Part shown: piece after piece, positions 8,254-17,022 of the stretch
How positions within the stretch are numbered: the stretch's first letter is position 1
Layout: each line of letters starts with the position of its first letter
Virus record (IMG/VR): IMGVR_UViG_3300009424_000185
Coordinates: 1 to 40,402 of that record
Length of the DNA stretch: 40,402 nucleotides
Origin: a virus
Taxonomy: Duplodnaviria > Caudoviricetes
Reading direction: 5' to 3' (one strand)
The notes under the pieces: model-generated
Told to the model about the DNA's origin: nothing
The model's database searches: none
Seen by the model: only the letters and a program-made list of their open reading frames with translations
Program-made: the position numbers and the translations under genes

Positions 8254-9912
8254 TTGCTACCATGCCCTAAATGTAATAGTTCTGATGCATACAACATTCA
8301 ACCAAATGGTTGGGGCCATTGCTTCTCATGTGGGTCTAACGTCCCTCCTGCGACTGCCCAACAACATCTTAACGGGAGTATTAACATCGACCACGACCAA
8401 CAATCAATTACCACCCCTACGGTAAAAGAACTTTCCCCTCTTACGGAAGTTTACCGAGCATGGCCTGAACGAGGCCTTTCTAAAGAAACCATTTCAAAAT
8501 ATAAAGTTTGGGTTGGTGGTGAAGATGACAATTTTGCTGCTAGGTGTCCTCGCTTCGACATCAATGGCAACCATGTAGCAAACAAGGTTCGTACACAGAA
8601 AGGCGATAAGGATCGTAAGAAAGGTGCTCCCTTCTATTTTGAAGGCGACAAAAGCAAAGCCGAACCTCTATTCGGTATGCATCTTTTCCCGCCCGGTGGT
8701 CGCTACATCACCGTCTGTGAGGGTTATGAGGACGCTATGGCCGTTCACCAGATGTTTGGTGGCAAGTACCCCGCAGTGTCCGTAGAAGGTGCTTCTAGCG
8801 CTTCTGACGACTGTAAGAAGGCTTTCGAGTATCTCAACAGCTTCGATACAATTGTGTTCTGTTTTGACAATGACGATCCCGGTCGTAAAGCTTCTAAGGC
8901 AGTGTCTTCTATTGGGTTTCCTCTGGGTAAGGTAAAAATCCTCACCCTACGAGAACACAAAGATGCCAACGAATATCTTACGTCTCGTAAATCAGAGAGG
9001 TTTACTCGGGAATGGTGGCAGGCACCTGACTACAAACCTGATGGTCTTAAACTCGGTTCCGAAATGTGGGAGGAGATTAACGAACGCAAAGAATACTTTA
9101 CAGTTAACTATCCATTTCCCGGCCTAGACAAGATGACATACGGTTTACGACTAAGTGAAATGGTTGTAATCACTGCTGACACTGGTGTTGGTAAAACATC
9201 ATTCCTTAAACACATTGAACATAAACTCCTTACAGATGACACAGTAAAGGAACAAGGTTATGGAGTTGGATTTCTCCACTTTGAGGAACCTAACGGAGAT
9301 ACTGCTCTGGGGCTCCTTAGTATTCATAACAGTACTCCATACCATCTCCCTGACATTGAACGAGACCCTGCTCAACTCAGAAAGGCTTACGATGATGTTC
9401 TTAACAACAATCGCGCTGTTATTTGGGACCACTTTGGCAGCAACTCTGTTGATGCTGTAATTAACAAGATCAGGCATATGTCAGCCCTAGGGTGTAAATA
9501 CATTGTTGTTGACCACCTCAGTATTATTGTGTCTGACCAGTCAGGTGACGAAAGGAAACAACTTGACGAAATCTCTACCAAAATCAAAACGCTTTGTATG
9601 GAGTTGGACATTGCCGTTTTGGCCGTTATCCATACAAATCGTCAGGGTCAAATTCGAGGGACCGCTGGTGTCGAACAACTTGCGAACATCGTTCTTAGGC
9701 TTGAACGTGACAAAACCGAGCCCAATGAATGGCGCAGGAATATTACTAAGCTTACAGTGGAAAAAAACCGATTCTGTGGTTATACGGGACCTGCATGTTA
9801 CCTTTGGTACAACAAAGACACAGCGAGGTTAACTGAATTAGACACTGAAGAAGCTCAAATCTTTGAAGCTGGTGGAAGTATCCACGAAGCTGATAAACCA
9901 TGGGAGAATTAA
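8254..9912 (+). CDS. T7 gp4-like DNA primase-helicase
   Basis: CPKC..CFSC Zn finger, TOPRIM EGYEDA and DND, Walker A ADTGVGKT, VVDHL, KNRFCG. AAGGAG RBS before TTG. Confidence 0.95.
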   Translation: MLPCPKCNSSDAYNIQPNGWGHCFSCGSNVPPATAQQHLNGSINIDHDQQSITTPTVKELSPLTEVYRAWPERGLSKETISKYKVWVGGEDDNFAARCPRFDINGNHVANKVRTQKGDKDRKKGAPFYFEGDKSKAEPLFGMHLFPPGGRYITVCEGYEDAMAVHQMFGGKYPAVSVEGASSASDDCKKAFEYLNSFDTIVFCFDNDDPGRKASKAVSSIGFPLGKVKILTLREHKDANEYLTSRKSERFTREWWQAPDYKPDGLKLGSEMWEEINERKEYFTVNYPFPGLDKMTYGLRLSEMVVITADTGVGKTSFLKHIEHKLLTDDTVKEQGYGVGFLHFEEPNGDTALGLLSIHNSTPYHLPDIERDPAQLRKAYDDVLNNNRAVIWDHFGSNSVDAVINKIRHMSALGCKYIVVDHLSIIVSDQSGDERKQLDEISTKIKTLCMELDIAVLAVIHTNRQGQIRGTAGVEQLANIVLRLERDKTEPNEWRRNITKLTVEKNRFCGYTGPACYLWYNKDTARLTELDTEEAQIFEAGGSIHEADKPWEN

Positions 9913-11769
9913 GTGTATCTAACCATAGGTAACGATAAATATTGGGCAATCGACATTGAAGGTAACGATTTGTACCCCGCTGTGTCCCGTATTTGGTGTG
10001 CTGTGGTTCATAATCTTGCGACTAAGGAAACCGTACGTCTTGTCGGTCACAACCAAATTAAGGAATGGTTTAAAAATCAACCTAAAGATATAAAACTTAT
10101 AGGTCATAACATCCTAGGGTACGACATGCCCGCCTTGAACAAGGTTCTAGAGACTAACATCACAGTCAAGCAATGTATTGACACCATGTTGATGTCTATG
10201 TTCTACAATCCTTCTATGGATGGTGGTCATTCTCTTGGGGCTTGGGGTAAACGTCTAGGGTTTCGTAAAACAGAGTTTAATGATTTCTCTAAATATGTAC
10301 CAGAGATGCTTGACTACTGTGAAAACGATACTCTTCTATGCGCCCGTGTCTACAGACAGCTCGTAGCTCGTATGCTTAAGGAAGGTTTTACCGAACGTGG
10401 TATTGAACTAGAACACAAGTCTTGGTATCTGACTAAGCAGCAGCAGCTCTATGGTTTCCCTTTTAATTTCCAAGAGTGTCTTGCGCTTTACGCTGGTATT
10501 AATGAACAGCTTGATGATATTAAGAAAGAAATATATACGTTCTGGCCTCCGAGCCTTGAGATTGTTAAACAATTCAAACAGGCCCGCAAGAAAGATGGTT
10601 CATACACCAAAGGGTTTCTCGAACACCAGAAACAATATGTACGAGTACAAGAAGATAATAATGGAGGATACTATGCTTACGATTACGTAGAGTTCAACCT
10701 TGCCTCTGGCGACCAGCGCCGTGAAAAACTATTGGCTCTTGGATGGAAGCCACGAGAGTTTACAAAACCATCTAAGACACACCCCAATGGTCAAGCAAAG
10801 GTTACTGACAAAGGAGAACTTGTTCCCTCTCTGGTTGAGTACGTAAAAGAGAGTGGAAAGAAGGAAGTTGAACTAATCGCCAAGTGGTTAGATTATAACT
10901 CTCGTGCAACTATGCTAAACACTTGGATGGATAATTATAACGACAAAACTGGAAGAATACATGGAAATCTATGGTTGGCTAACACTCTTCGTTATCGCCA
11001 TTCTAACCCCAACACTGCTAACATTCCTGCCGTACGGCTCTCAAAAGATGGTCGGCCTTTACGTGGGGAAGAAGGAGCTTACACTTACGAAGCGAGAGAT
11101 TTGTGGACTTGCAGTGACCCTGTTAATCGTTCTCTCGTTGGCGTGGATGCTAAAGGTATTCAGTTAAGAGTACTTGCTCATCATCTAAACAATCCTGAAT
11201 TTATGGAGGCAGTGGTCAATGGAGACCCACACACTTACAACCAAAAGATTGGCGGTATTAGAGATCGTCCTACAGCAAAAACTTTTATCTATGCTTTCCT
11301 CTTGGGAGCAGGAGACGCTAAAATCGGGGAAATCGTTGGGGGAACGGCGCAAGATGGCCGTAAACTTAAACGACGGTTTATTGGCAATTTCCCAGGACTT
11401 GAACGACTACTTATCGACCTTGAACGACAGGTGGAGAGAACTGGAAGAATTGTCCTTTGTGACGGAACTCCAATCCTCGTGCGACAAAACCACACAAGGC
11501 TTGGGTATCTGCTCCAAGGAGACGAAAATCGAATAATGAAACAAGCTGCTGTTTATATTAGACAAATGTGCGTACGAGATAAATTAGATTCTTTTAAAGT
11601 TGGAGATATTCATGACGAACATCAATACGACACACTCAACGAACATGTTGATCCCCTCAGAAGTAATGTTCTTCCTCGCGCTTTCCGTGCTGCTGGGGAG
11701 CGTTTTGCTTACAGGTTGCCAATAGATTGCGACAGCAAAGTAGGAAAAACTTGGGCAGAAACACACTAA
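9913..11769 (+). CDS. polA: Family A DNA polymerase (T7-like, with 3'-5' exonuclease)
   Basis: Exo motifs DIE, GHNILGYD and YCEND. Polymerase motif A DAKGIQLR, motif B KTFIYAFLLG, motif C HDE. Confidence 0.95.
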   Translation: MYLTIGNDKYWAIDIEGNDLYPAVSRIWCAVVHNLATKETVRLVGHNQIKEWFKNQPKDIKLIGHNILGYDMPALNKVLETNITVKQCIDTMLMSMFYNPSMDGGHSLGAWGKRLGFRKTEFNDFSKYVPEMLDYCENDTLLCARVYRQLVARMLKEGFTERGIELEHKSWYLTKQQQLYGFPFNFQECLALYAGINEQLDDIKKEIYTFWPPSLEIVKQFKQARKKDGSYTKGFLEHQKQYVRVQEDNNGGYYAYDYVEFNLASGDQRREKLLALGWKPREFTKPSKTHPNGQAKVTDKGELVPSLVEYVKESGKKEVELIAKWLDYNSRATMLNTWMDNYNDKTGRIHGNLWLANTLRYRHSNPNTANIPAVRLSKDGRPLRGEEGAYTYEARDLWTCSDPVNRSLVGVDAKGIQLRVLAHHLNNPEFMEAVVNGDPHTYNQKIGGIRDRPTAKTFIYAFLLGAGDAKIGEIVGGTAQDGRKLKRRFIGNFPGLERLLIDLERQVERTGRIVLCDGTPILVRQNHTRLGYLLQGDENRIMKQAAVYIRQMCVRDKLDSFKVGDIHDEHQYDTLNEHVDPLRSNVLPRAFRAAGERFAYRLPIDCDSKVGKTWAETH

Positions 11770-11779
11770 GGAATAAAAA

Positions 11780-12487
11780 ATGAAATTTTCATTAATGTCT
11801 GATTTACATTTAGACTTCCCTCAAAAAAATATCCCATTCGAACTTTTAGAAAAAAACATAATTGTTGCAGGAGATACGTCTAATGGTCTTGAAGGTCTCA
11901 AGTTTCTTGATAAACTAAAACGTAAAGGTTTCAACGTATTAGCTTGTGATGGCAACCACGAACATTATAGTAACATATCTCAAAATCGAGTCGCTGAAGA
12001 AACTGCTGCACGATTTCGTGAACGTTTTCCGGGTAATGGTGAATTTGAAGGTGTACCTGTAATTCTCCGTAACGGATGGTATCTGGTGACAGAAGAAGAG
12101 TTGTGGCTCAATATCATGAATGATAGCAAGAGATGTTTACTTACTAAAGAGGCCGTAAACAATCGTGCGTATATGAATTATTGTTCTATTCATCAGAAAC
12201 TTAAAGAGTGGAAAGATTTTCAGTACAAAGGTATTGTAGTTACCCACACTGCTCCTTGTACAGAAACTCTTGATCCTAAATTTGAAGGTCAAATTACTAA
12301 TGAATGGTATCATAACCCTTACATGAAAGATTTGATTCAAGAATTTTCTGAACAAATTCTCGTGTGGTGTCATGGGCATACTCATGCGTTTGCTGACAAG
12401 ATCGTAAACGGAGTTCGGGTGGTGTGTAATCCTCGTGGATACCCCGGCGAAAACCCTAACTGGAAACCTTTTACCATAGAAGTGTAA
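11780..12487 (+). CDS. Calcineurin-like metallophosphoesterase
   Basis: SDLHL, AGD, GNHE, TH, HGHTH and NPRGY motifs. Confidence 0.9.
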   Translation: MKFSLMSDLHLDFPQKNIPFELLEKNIIVAGDTSNGLEGLKFLDKLKRKGFNVLACDGNHEHYSNISQNRVAEETAARFRERFPGNGEFEGVPVILRNGWYLVTEEELWLNIMNDSKRCLLTKEAVNNRAYMNYCSIHQKLKEWKDFQYKGIVVTHTAPCTETLDPKFEGQITNEWYHNPYMKDLIQEFSEQILVWCHGHTHAFADKIVNGVRVVCNPRGYPGENPNWKPFTIEV

Positions 12488-12503
12488 AAAGTTAAAATAG
12501 TTC

Positions 12504-12532
12504 TTGACTTTTGACACAAACTCTGGTATAAT
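12504..12532 (+). promoter_or_regulatory. Sigma70 promoter with extended -10 upstream of SSB
   Basis: TTGACT (12504-12509), 17-nt spacer, TGnTATAAT (-10 at 12527-12532). Confidence 0.88.
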
Positions 12533-12610
12533 ACTCTTATAAAGGATAGAAAGAAATATTCTTTATAATGGTAATTACCAATTATTACCTTTTGAAAGGA
12601 AAATTTAAAT

Positions 12611-13216
12611 ATGTCTGATAATATTACTACATTGGTTTATCGTGGTAAACTTCAATACGCTAAGGTTCTCGGTGAACCTGTCCCTAACTACGCTAAGGAC
12701 GGTAAAGAGTGGAAGTTTGATTTCATCCCTAACGACCCTGACAATGCCGCTAAGGAGCTTAAGAGTCTTGGTGTAGGTGATCGGCTGCGTTCGGCTGAGA
12801 ACACTGATGGCGAACCTCGTTACGACGGAGCAAAGTTTTTGACGTTTAAGCAACGTGCTGAACGCAACGATGGTAGTCCTAATAACCCCGTACGAGTTTT
12901 GGATATTCATAACAACCCTTGGCCGCAAGATGTTCTTCTCGGTAATGAAACAGTTGCAGATGTCAAGTTCGTAGTTATTGATAACGGTAAGGGTAAGTTT
13001 AAAGGTATCTATCCTCGTTCTATTCGTGTTCTTGATCTTGTGCCTTATACATCTCAGGAATTTGAACCTATCAACGAAGATGACGAGTTCTTTAAAAAGG
13101 CTAAGGAGCAGGAACGTCAGATTGCCCTTCTCTCTGGTCTTCGTGCTAATCCTGCCGGTAAGAGTGGAGAATCTGTAAGTCTTGATGACTTGGATGATGA
13201 TATTCCTATCGACTAA
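12611..13216 (+). CDS. ssDNA-binding protein (T7 gp2.5-like)
   Basis: Position after PolA, beta-rich pattern (LGNETVADV...IRVLDLVPY) and acidic tail DDLDDDIPID. Confidence 0.75.
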   Translation: MSDNITTLVYRGKLQYAKVLGEPVPNYAKDGKEWKFDFIPNDPDNAAKELKSLGVGDRLRSAENTDGEPRYDGAKFLTFKQRAERNDGSPNNPVRVLDIHNNPWPQDVLLGNETVADVKFVVIDNGKGKFKGIYPRSIRVLDLVPYTSQEFEPINEDDEFFKKAKEQERQIALLSGLRANPAGKSGESVSLDDLDDDIPID

Positions 13217-13227
13217 TAATATTAACA

Positions 13228-13264
13228 GGACCTGAGTAAGTCCGACCTAAACTGCTCATTTTTT
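13228..13264 (+). terminator. H-type pseudoknot/hairpin followed by a U-tract
   Basis: GGAC/GTCC stem. Loop TGAGTA pairs with TGCTCA (13253-13258), followed by T6. Confidence 0.55.
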
Positions 13265-13281
13265 ATCTTATAGGAATAATA

Positions 13282-13521
13282 ATGACAACAAAAACCCTAA
13301 GAGTAAAACTAAGGTATACTCGTAAAGTAACTCAAACAGAACGTGGACATGTCTATGTAGACGTACCGTCAAACGGAACAATGGCAGACGCTTATAGAAT
13401 TGCTTACGATAAAGAGTTCGTAGAGTACCTCCCTAAGGAAATAACACTGCAAAACGAGCAATGGCATTTTAAACCAGCAAAGGAACCAGTTAACCATGGC
13501 CGACCTAAAGAACCTTCCTAA
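13282..13521 (+). CDS. Hypothetical protein
   Basis: AGGA RBS, 79 aa, overlaps the next gene. Confidence 0.7.
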   Translation: MTTKTLRVKLRYTRKVTQTERGHVYVDVPSNGTMADAYRIAYDKEFVEYLPKEITLQNEQWHFKPAKEPVNHGRPKEPS

Positions 13522-14350
13522 TGACATATATGCGTTGTTCGATCCTACGACCGATCATGAGGTAAATGAGGACAACGTAGAGTGGGCAGGCGAAGAGTTT
13601 AAACAACTTCTACGGACCCGGCTACGTGAACGTCAAGGTAACGATCCGTTTCGTATGTCGGGTATTGGTCAACCTGACCGTAAGTTTTGGTATGCCGCCC
13701 GTCAAGCGGAAAATGCTGAACCAATGACTCCGAAAACCTACTTTAAATTCCTATATGGAGATACAATTGAACTCCTCCTCCTATTCCTCGCAAAAGAGAG
13801 TGGCCATACTGTCGAACGAACTCAAGAAGAACTTGAAGTCAACGGTGTCAAGGGGCACATTGATGCTGTCGTTGATGGTGTCGTCGTCGATGTCAAATCC
13901 GCCTCCCCATTCGGATACAAAAAGTTCCAAGAAAATTCAGTTCTAGAAGATGATCCGTTTGGATACGTCCAACAGCTTTCTTCTTATTCGACGGTACTAA
14001 ACCCCGGAAAAGATGCTGCATGGATTGCTTTTGACAAAGTTGCAGGTGATATTTGCATTACCACTCTTTCTTGGTCAATTATCAACGACTTCAAACCAGC
14101 CGAACGCATTGAACACCTACGGGAAATTGTAGCCAGTGATGAACCGCCTGAAAGATGTTATCCTGACGAGCCCGATGGTAAGAGTGGTAACAGAAAGTTA
14201 GGGACAGCTTGCTCCTATTGCGCCTATAAGAAAACCTGTTGGCCGGGTCTTCGTACATTCCTTTATAGTGGTCGACCTCGTTTTCTAACAACTGTGGTAA
14301 GGGTTCCTGATGTTTTTGAGGTAAAAGATAAGTATGAACTCAATGATTAA
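13496..14350 (+). CDS. PD-(D/E)XK Cas4/RecB-like exonuclease
   Basis: GHID...DVKS, QLSSY and C-terminal CSYCAY..TC. Confidence 0.88.
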   Translation: MADLKNLPNDIYALFDPTTDHEVNEDNVEWAGEEFKQLLRTRLRERQGNDPFRMSGIGQPDRKFWYAARQAENAEPMTPKTYFKFLYGDTIELLLLFLAKESGHTVERTQEELEVNGVKGHIDAVVDGVVVDVKSASPFGYKKFQENSVLEDDPFGYVQQLSSYSTVLNPGKDAAWIAFDKVAGDICITTLSWSIINDFKPAERIEHLREIVASDEPPERCYPDEPDGKSGNRKLGTACSYCAYKKTCWPGLRTFLYSGRPRFLTTVVRVPDVFEVKDKYELND

Positions 14351-14585
14351 TGAGAATCCTGTCAGTCCCCCGCCCGGAATTAAAGCAATCGTACGAAAGG
14401 CAAGTGACATAAATCAAGACCATGAAGAAAGGGCTTCTTATATAGAAATTTCTGATCTTAACGGTCTTAGGTCTCTTCTTATGCACGTTGAAATTCCTGT
14501 TATTATGTTCTTTGCCCCTGAACAAGCCGCCCCTGCTGAACTGGTAATGGTTCTTTATGACGACCCTATAGAAGGTTTTGATTAA
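14334..14585 (+). CDS. Hypothetical protein
   Basis: ORF overlapping both neighbours in the operon. Confidence 0.65.
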   Translation: MNSMINENPVSPPPGIKAIVRKASDINQDHEERASYIEISDLNGLRSLLMHVEIPVIMFFAPEQAAPAELVMVLYDDPIEGFD

Positions 14586-14589
14586 TATT

Positions 14590-14955
14590 ATGAAATTCAG
14601 GAGTAAATTTGAAAAGAACGTATATGAACACGCTCAAAGACATAAACGAAAGCTTGAATACGAACCATCAAGTCCTGTTGTCCGTTACATTACACCCTCC
14701 GTCTACGTACCCGATTTCCGATTACCGAACGGAGTTCTTGTTGAATGTAAAGGATACCTCTCCCCAAGAGATAGACGAAAAATGCTTCAAGTTAAACGAG
14801 ATAATAAAGACTTGGACATACGGTTTGTTTTTCAAAGAGCTAATAACCGACTCACTAAGAGCCCGAACTCAATGATGTATTGGCAATGGGCAGAAAAACA
14901 TGGTTTCATGTACAGTGAAGAAAGTATTCCAGAGGAGTGGTATAATAATGAATAA
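14590..14955 (+). CDS. T7 endonuclease I-like Holliday junction resolvase
   Basis: FRSKFE, YVPDF, VECKG, DIRFVF and WAEKHGF motifs. Confidence 0.9.
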   Translation: MKFRSKFEKNVYEHAQRHKRKLEYEPSSPVVRYITPSVYVPDFRLPNGVLVECKGYLSPRDRRKMLQVKRDNKDLDIRFVFQRANNRLTKSPNSMMYWQWAEKHGFMYSEESIPEEWYNNE

Positions 14956-15676
14956 ACCTAAAATGTTAATATTGGACATTGAAACTAAACCAGCTATTGC
15001 GTATGTTTGGCGTCTCTTCAAAGAAAACATTCCCAATGACCGCCTTAAAGAACCACACGGTATTCTTTGTGTAGGGTGTAAGTGGGTAGGTGAAGATGAA
15101 GTAATGATGTTCTCTGATTGGGAACACGGTCAACGAGGTATGCTTGAGAACGTTCTTGAACTACTCAACGAAGCAAACGCAATTATCACCTATAACGGTA
15201 AGAAGTTTGACATGAAACATCTTATGTCTGCTTTTATCGAAAATGAACTACCTGCTCCGGCTCCTGTAACTCATATTGATCTATTTCAATTCGTTCGTAA
15301 CAACACTAAGTTCATTTCAAAGAAACTGGACTATGTTGCTCAACGTCTTGGTGTTGGTCAAAAGGTTAAACATCAAGGTTTCAGTCTGTGGATTGAAGTA
15401 ATGAATGGAGACCGCGATGCTCAGCAGAAAATGGAAGAGTATTGTAAAGGCGATGTAGTACTAACGGAACGTGTATATGAAAAACTCAAGGGATATATCC
15501 CTAATCACCCGTCACTTGGTTTCACTTCCCCGGAAGCCTGCCCTACGTGCGGCTCAAAGCACACTCAGCGGCGAGGTTTTTACTTTACCCGCATTTATCA
15601 GTGGCAACGGCATCAGTGTACCTCTTGTGGATCGTGGTTCAAGACAACTCAGCAAAAGATCAAGTCTAATGAGTAA
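14948..15676 (+). CDS. RNase H-fold (DnaQ/YprB-like) 3'-5' exonuclease with C-terminal Zn ribbon
   Basis: LDIET, YNGKKFD, KLDY, YCKGDV and CPTC..CTSC. GAGGAG RBS before ATG 14948. Confidence 0.85.
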   Translation: MNKPKMLILDIETKPAIAYVWRLFKENIPNDRLKEPHGILCVGCKWVGEDEVMMFSDWEHGQRGMLENVLELLNEANAIITYNGKKFDMKHLMSAFIENELPAPAPVTHIDLFQFVRNNTKFISKKLDYVAQRLGVGQKVKHQGFSLWIEVMNGDRDAQQKMEEYCKGDVVLTERVYEKLKGYIPNHPSLGFTSPEACPTCGSKHTQRRGFYFTRIYQWQRHQCTSCGSWFKTTQQKIKSNE

Positions 15677-15872
15677 AGAAGAACTATACAAACTAATGCA
15701 AGACCGTTTTGAAGCATATGAAATGTTGGAGATACTTGATATTTCCGTAGAAGAACTTTGTTGGGCTTTTGAAGACCAAATTGAAGAATACCTACCTGAA
15801 CTGAAAGAACTTCTTAACATTGATGAAATTGAAGAAGAAACAGAAAGTACTGATTATGACGAAACAGAATGA
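15669..15872 (+). CDS. Small very acidic protein
   Basis: ATG 15669 overlaps the upstream stop. About 25 of 67 residues are D/E. Confidence 0.75.
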   Translation: MSKEELYKLMQDRFEAYEMLEILDISVEELCWAFEDQIEEYLPELKELLNIDEIEEETESTDYDETE

Positions 15873-16005
15873 TAATGAAAATATTTTGAGTAACGCTTAC
15901 TTCTGGTTGGGAGAAGAAGGAGAACTCGAAGGGCTCACCCTAGAAGAATTTGAACGTAAACAAAAAGAATGGAAAGGCCCCCGTCCCGATGACTTCAACG
16001 TATAA
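15856..16005 (+). CDS. Small hypothetical protein
   Basis: Overlapping ORF that fills the operon gap. Confidence 0.6.
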   Translation: MTKQNDNENILSNAYFWLGEEGELEGLTLEEFERKQKEWKGPRPDDFNV

Positions 16006-16363
16006 AAACGAGGCAACTAATGACCCGCAAGAAAAAGTTGGTACGGGCGCAATCAAATATGACGCCGGAAAGACTCCAGTATATCGGGGGGCAATTTCTT
16101 ACTTCCCTCGGGCAATTAGCGCAGTTGCAGGAGTCTCCGCTTTCGGAGCTGCTAAATACGACTGGAACGGATGGGAAGCAGTTGACAACGGGATTAATCG
16201 TTACACTGATGCAATGGTACGCCACGTTATCGCAGAGGGATCAGGCGAAGTTCTGGACCCTGATAGTGGACTTCTACATGCTGCCCACACCGCATGGGGA
16301 GCGCTCGCCCGACTCGAACTGATGCTAAGGGAAATGGAGCTTCAAGATGCCCCGGCAGACTGA
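15989..16363 (+). CDS. dATP/dGTP diphosphohydrolase-like protein (DUF5664 type)
   Basis: KYDAGK, FGAAKY..W, Y.DA..RH and D.DSGL.H.AH.AW.AL pattern. Confidence 0.85.
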   Translation: MTSTYKNEATNDPQEKVGTGAIKYDAGKTPVYRGAISYFPRAISAVAGVSAFGAAKYDWNGWEAVDNGINRYTDAMVRHVIAEGSGEVLDPDSGLLHAAHTAWGALARLELMLREMELQDAPAD

Positions 16364-16922
16364 ATCATCTATCACGACTCTCACCGGCCAATACTTTGAC
16401 ATTCTACGACCCGAGGAATACGAATATGACATCAACGAAATTGCAACTAGCCTTAGCAATCTTTGTCGCTATACTGGTCACGTCAACAGCTTTTATTCCG
16501 TCGCTGAACACAGTGTTCTTGTTTCTCGTATTGTTCCTAGTAACCTTCGTCTTGCTGCTCTGCTCCATGACGCAAGCGAAGCTTTTCTTGGAGACGTATC
16601 AAGCCCCCTCAAAAAGCTGCTGCCAACCTACAAAGAAATCGAAGAAAACGTTCAAAAGGCACTCTTCAGTTATTTTGGATTAAATTACCCTATGGATAAA
16701 ACTATCCATGAAGCAGACAAGAGAATGTATTGGCAGGAGCGACAAGACGTTGCAAACAACGGAGTAAAAGATGAGCTTTGGCACCAAGACCTACGAGCTA
16801 CACGTAAAGTAAAAGCCCAAGGAATGCCTCCTTATATGGCTCGTAGAATGTTTCTTACTGAGTACCAACGGATTACAAACGATGAAACGAAAGTATCTGG
16901 ACGCCAAACAGAGGCGGCGTAA
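16347..16922 (+). CDS. HD-domain 5'-deoxynucleotidase-like protein (YfbR/YfdR type)
   Basis: RYTGH, YSVAEHS, LLHDASEAFLGD and HEAD motifs. Confidence 0.88.
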   Translation: MPRQTESSITTLTGQYFDILRPEEYEYDINEIATSLSNLCRYTGHVNSFYSVAEHSVLVSRIVPSNLRLAALLHDASEAFLGDVSSPLKKLLPTYKEIEENVQKALFSYFGLNYPMDKTIHEADKRMYWQERQDVANNGVKDELWHQDLRATRKVKAQGMPPYMARRMFLTEYQRITNDETKVSGRQTEAA

Positions 16923-17022
16923 TAAAATAGCTCGCGACCTAGCTACTAAAAAATATAGGCAACGAGTTGTGCCTAATAAAAAGAAAAACTCAACACAACC
17001 GGAGATTGATGATTATGACTGA
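16882..17022 (+). CDS. Small basic protein (46 aa), absent from the ORF track
   Basis: Manual translation MKRKYLDAKQRRRNKIARDLATKKYRQRVVPNKKKNSTQPEIDDYD*. Overlaps both neighbours. Confidence 0.7.
   Translation: MKRKYLDAKQRRRNKIARDLATKKYRQRVVPNKKKNSTQPEIDDYD

Noticed and set aside
13496-14350. CRISPR-associated cas4
   Set aside because: No array or other cas genes. Solo Cas4-like nucleases are common in phage replication modules.
15471-15668. N-terminal extension of the 133-aa ORF
   Set aside because: It overlaps the exonuclease Zn ribbon. The coupled ATG at 15669 is the more plausible start.
15989-16922. Canonical Z-genome (2-aminoadenine) pathway
   Set aside because: No PurA/PurZ-like gene is recognisable in the window.
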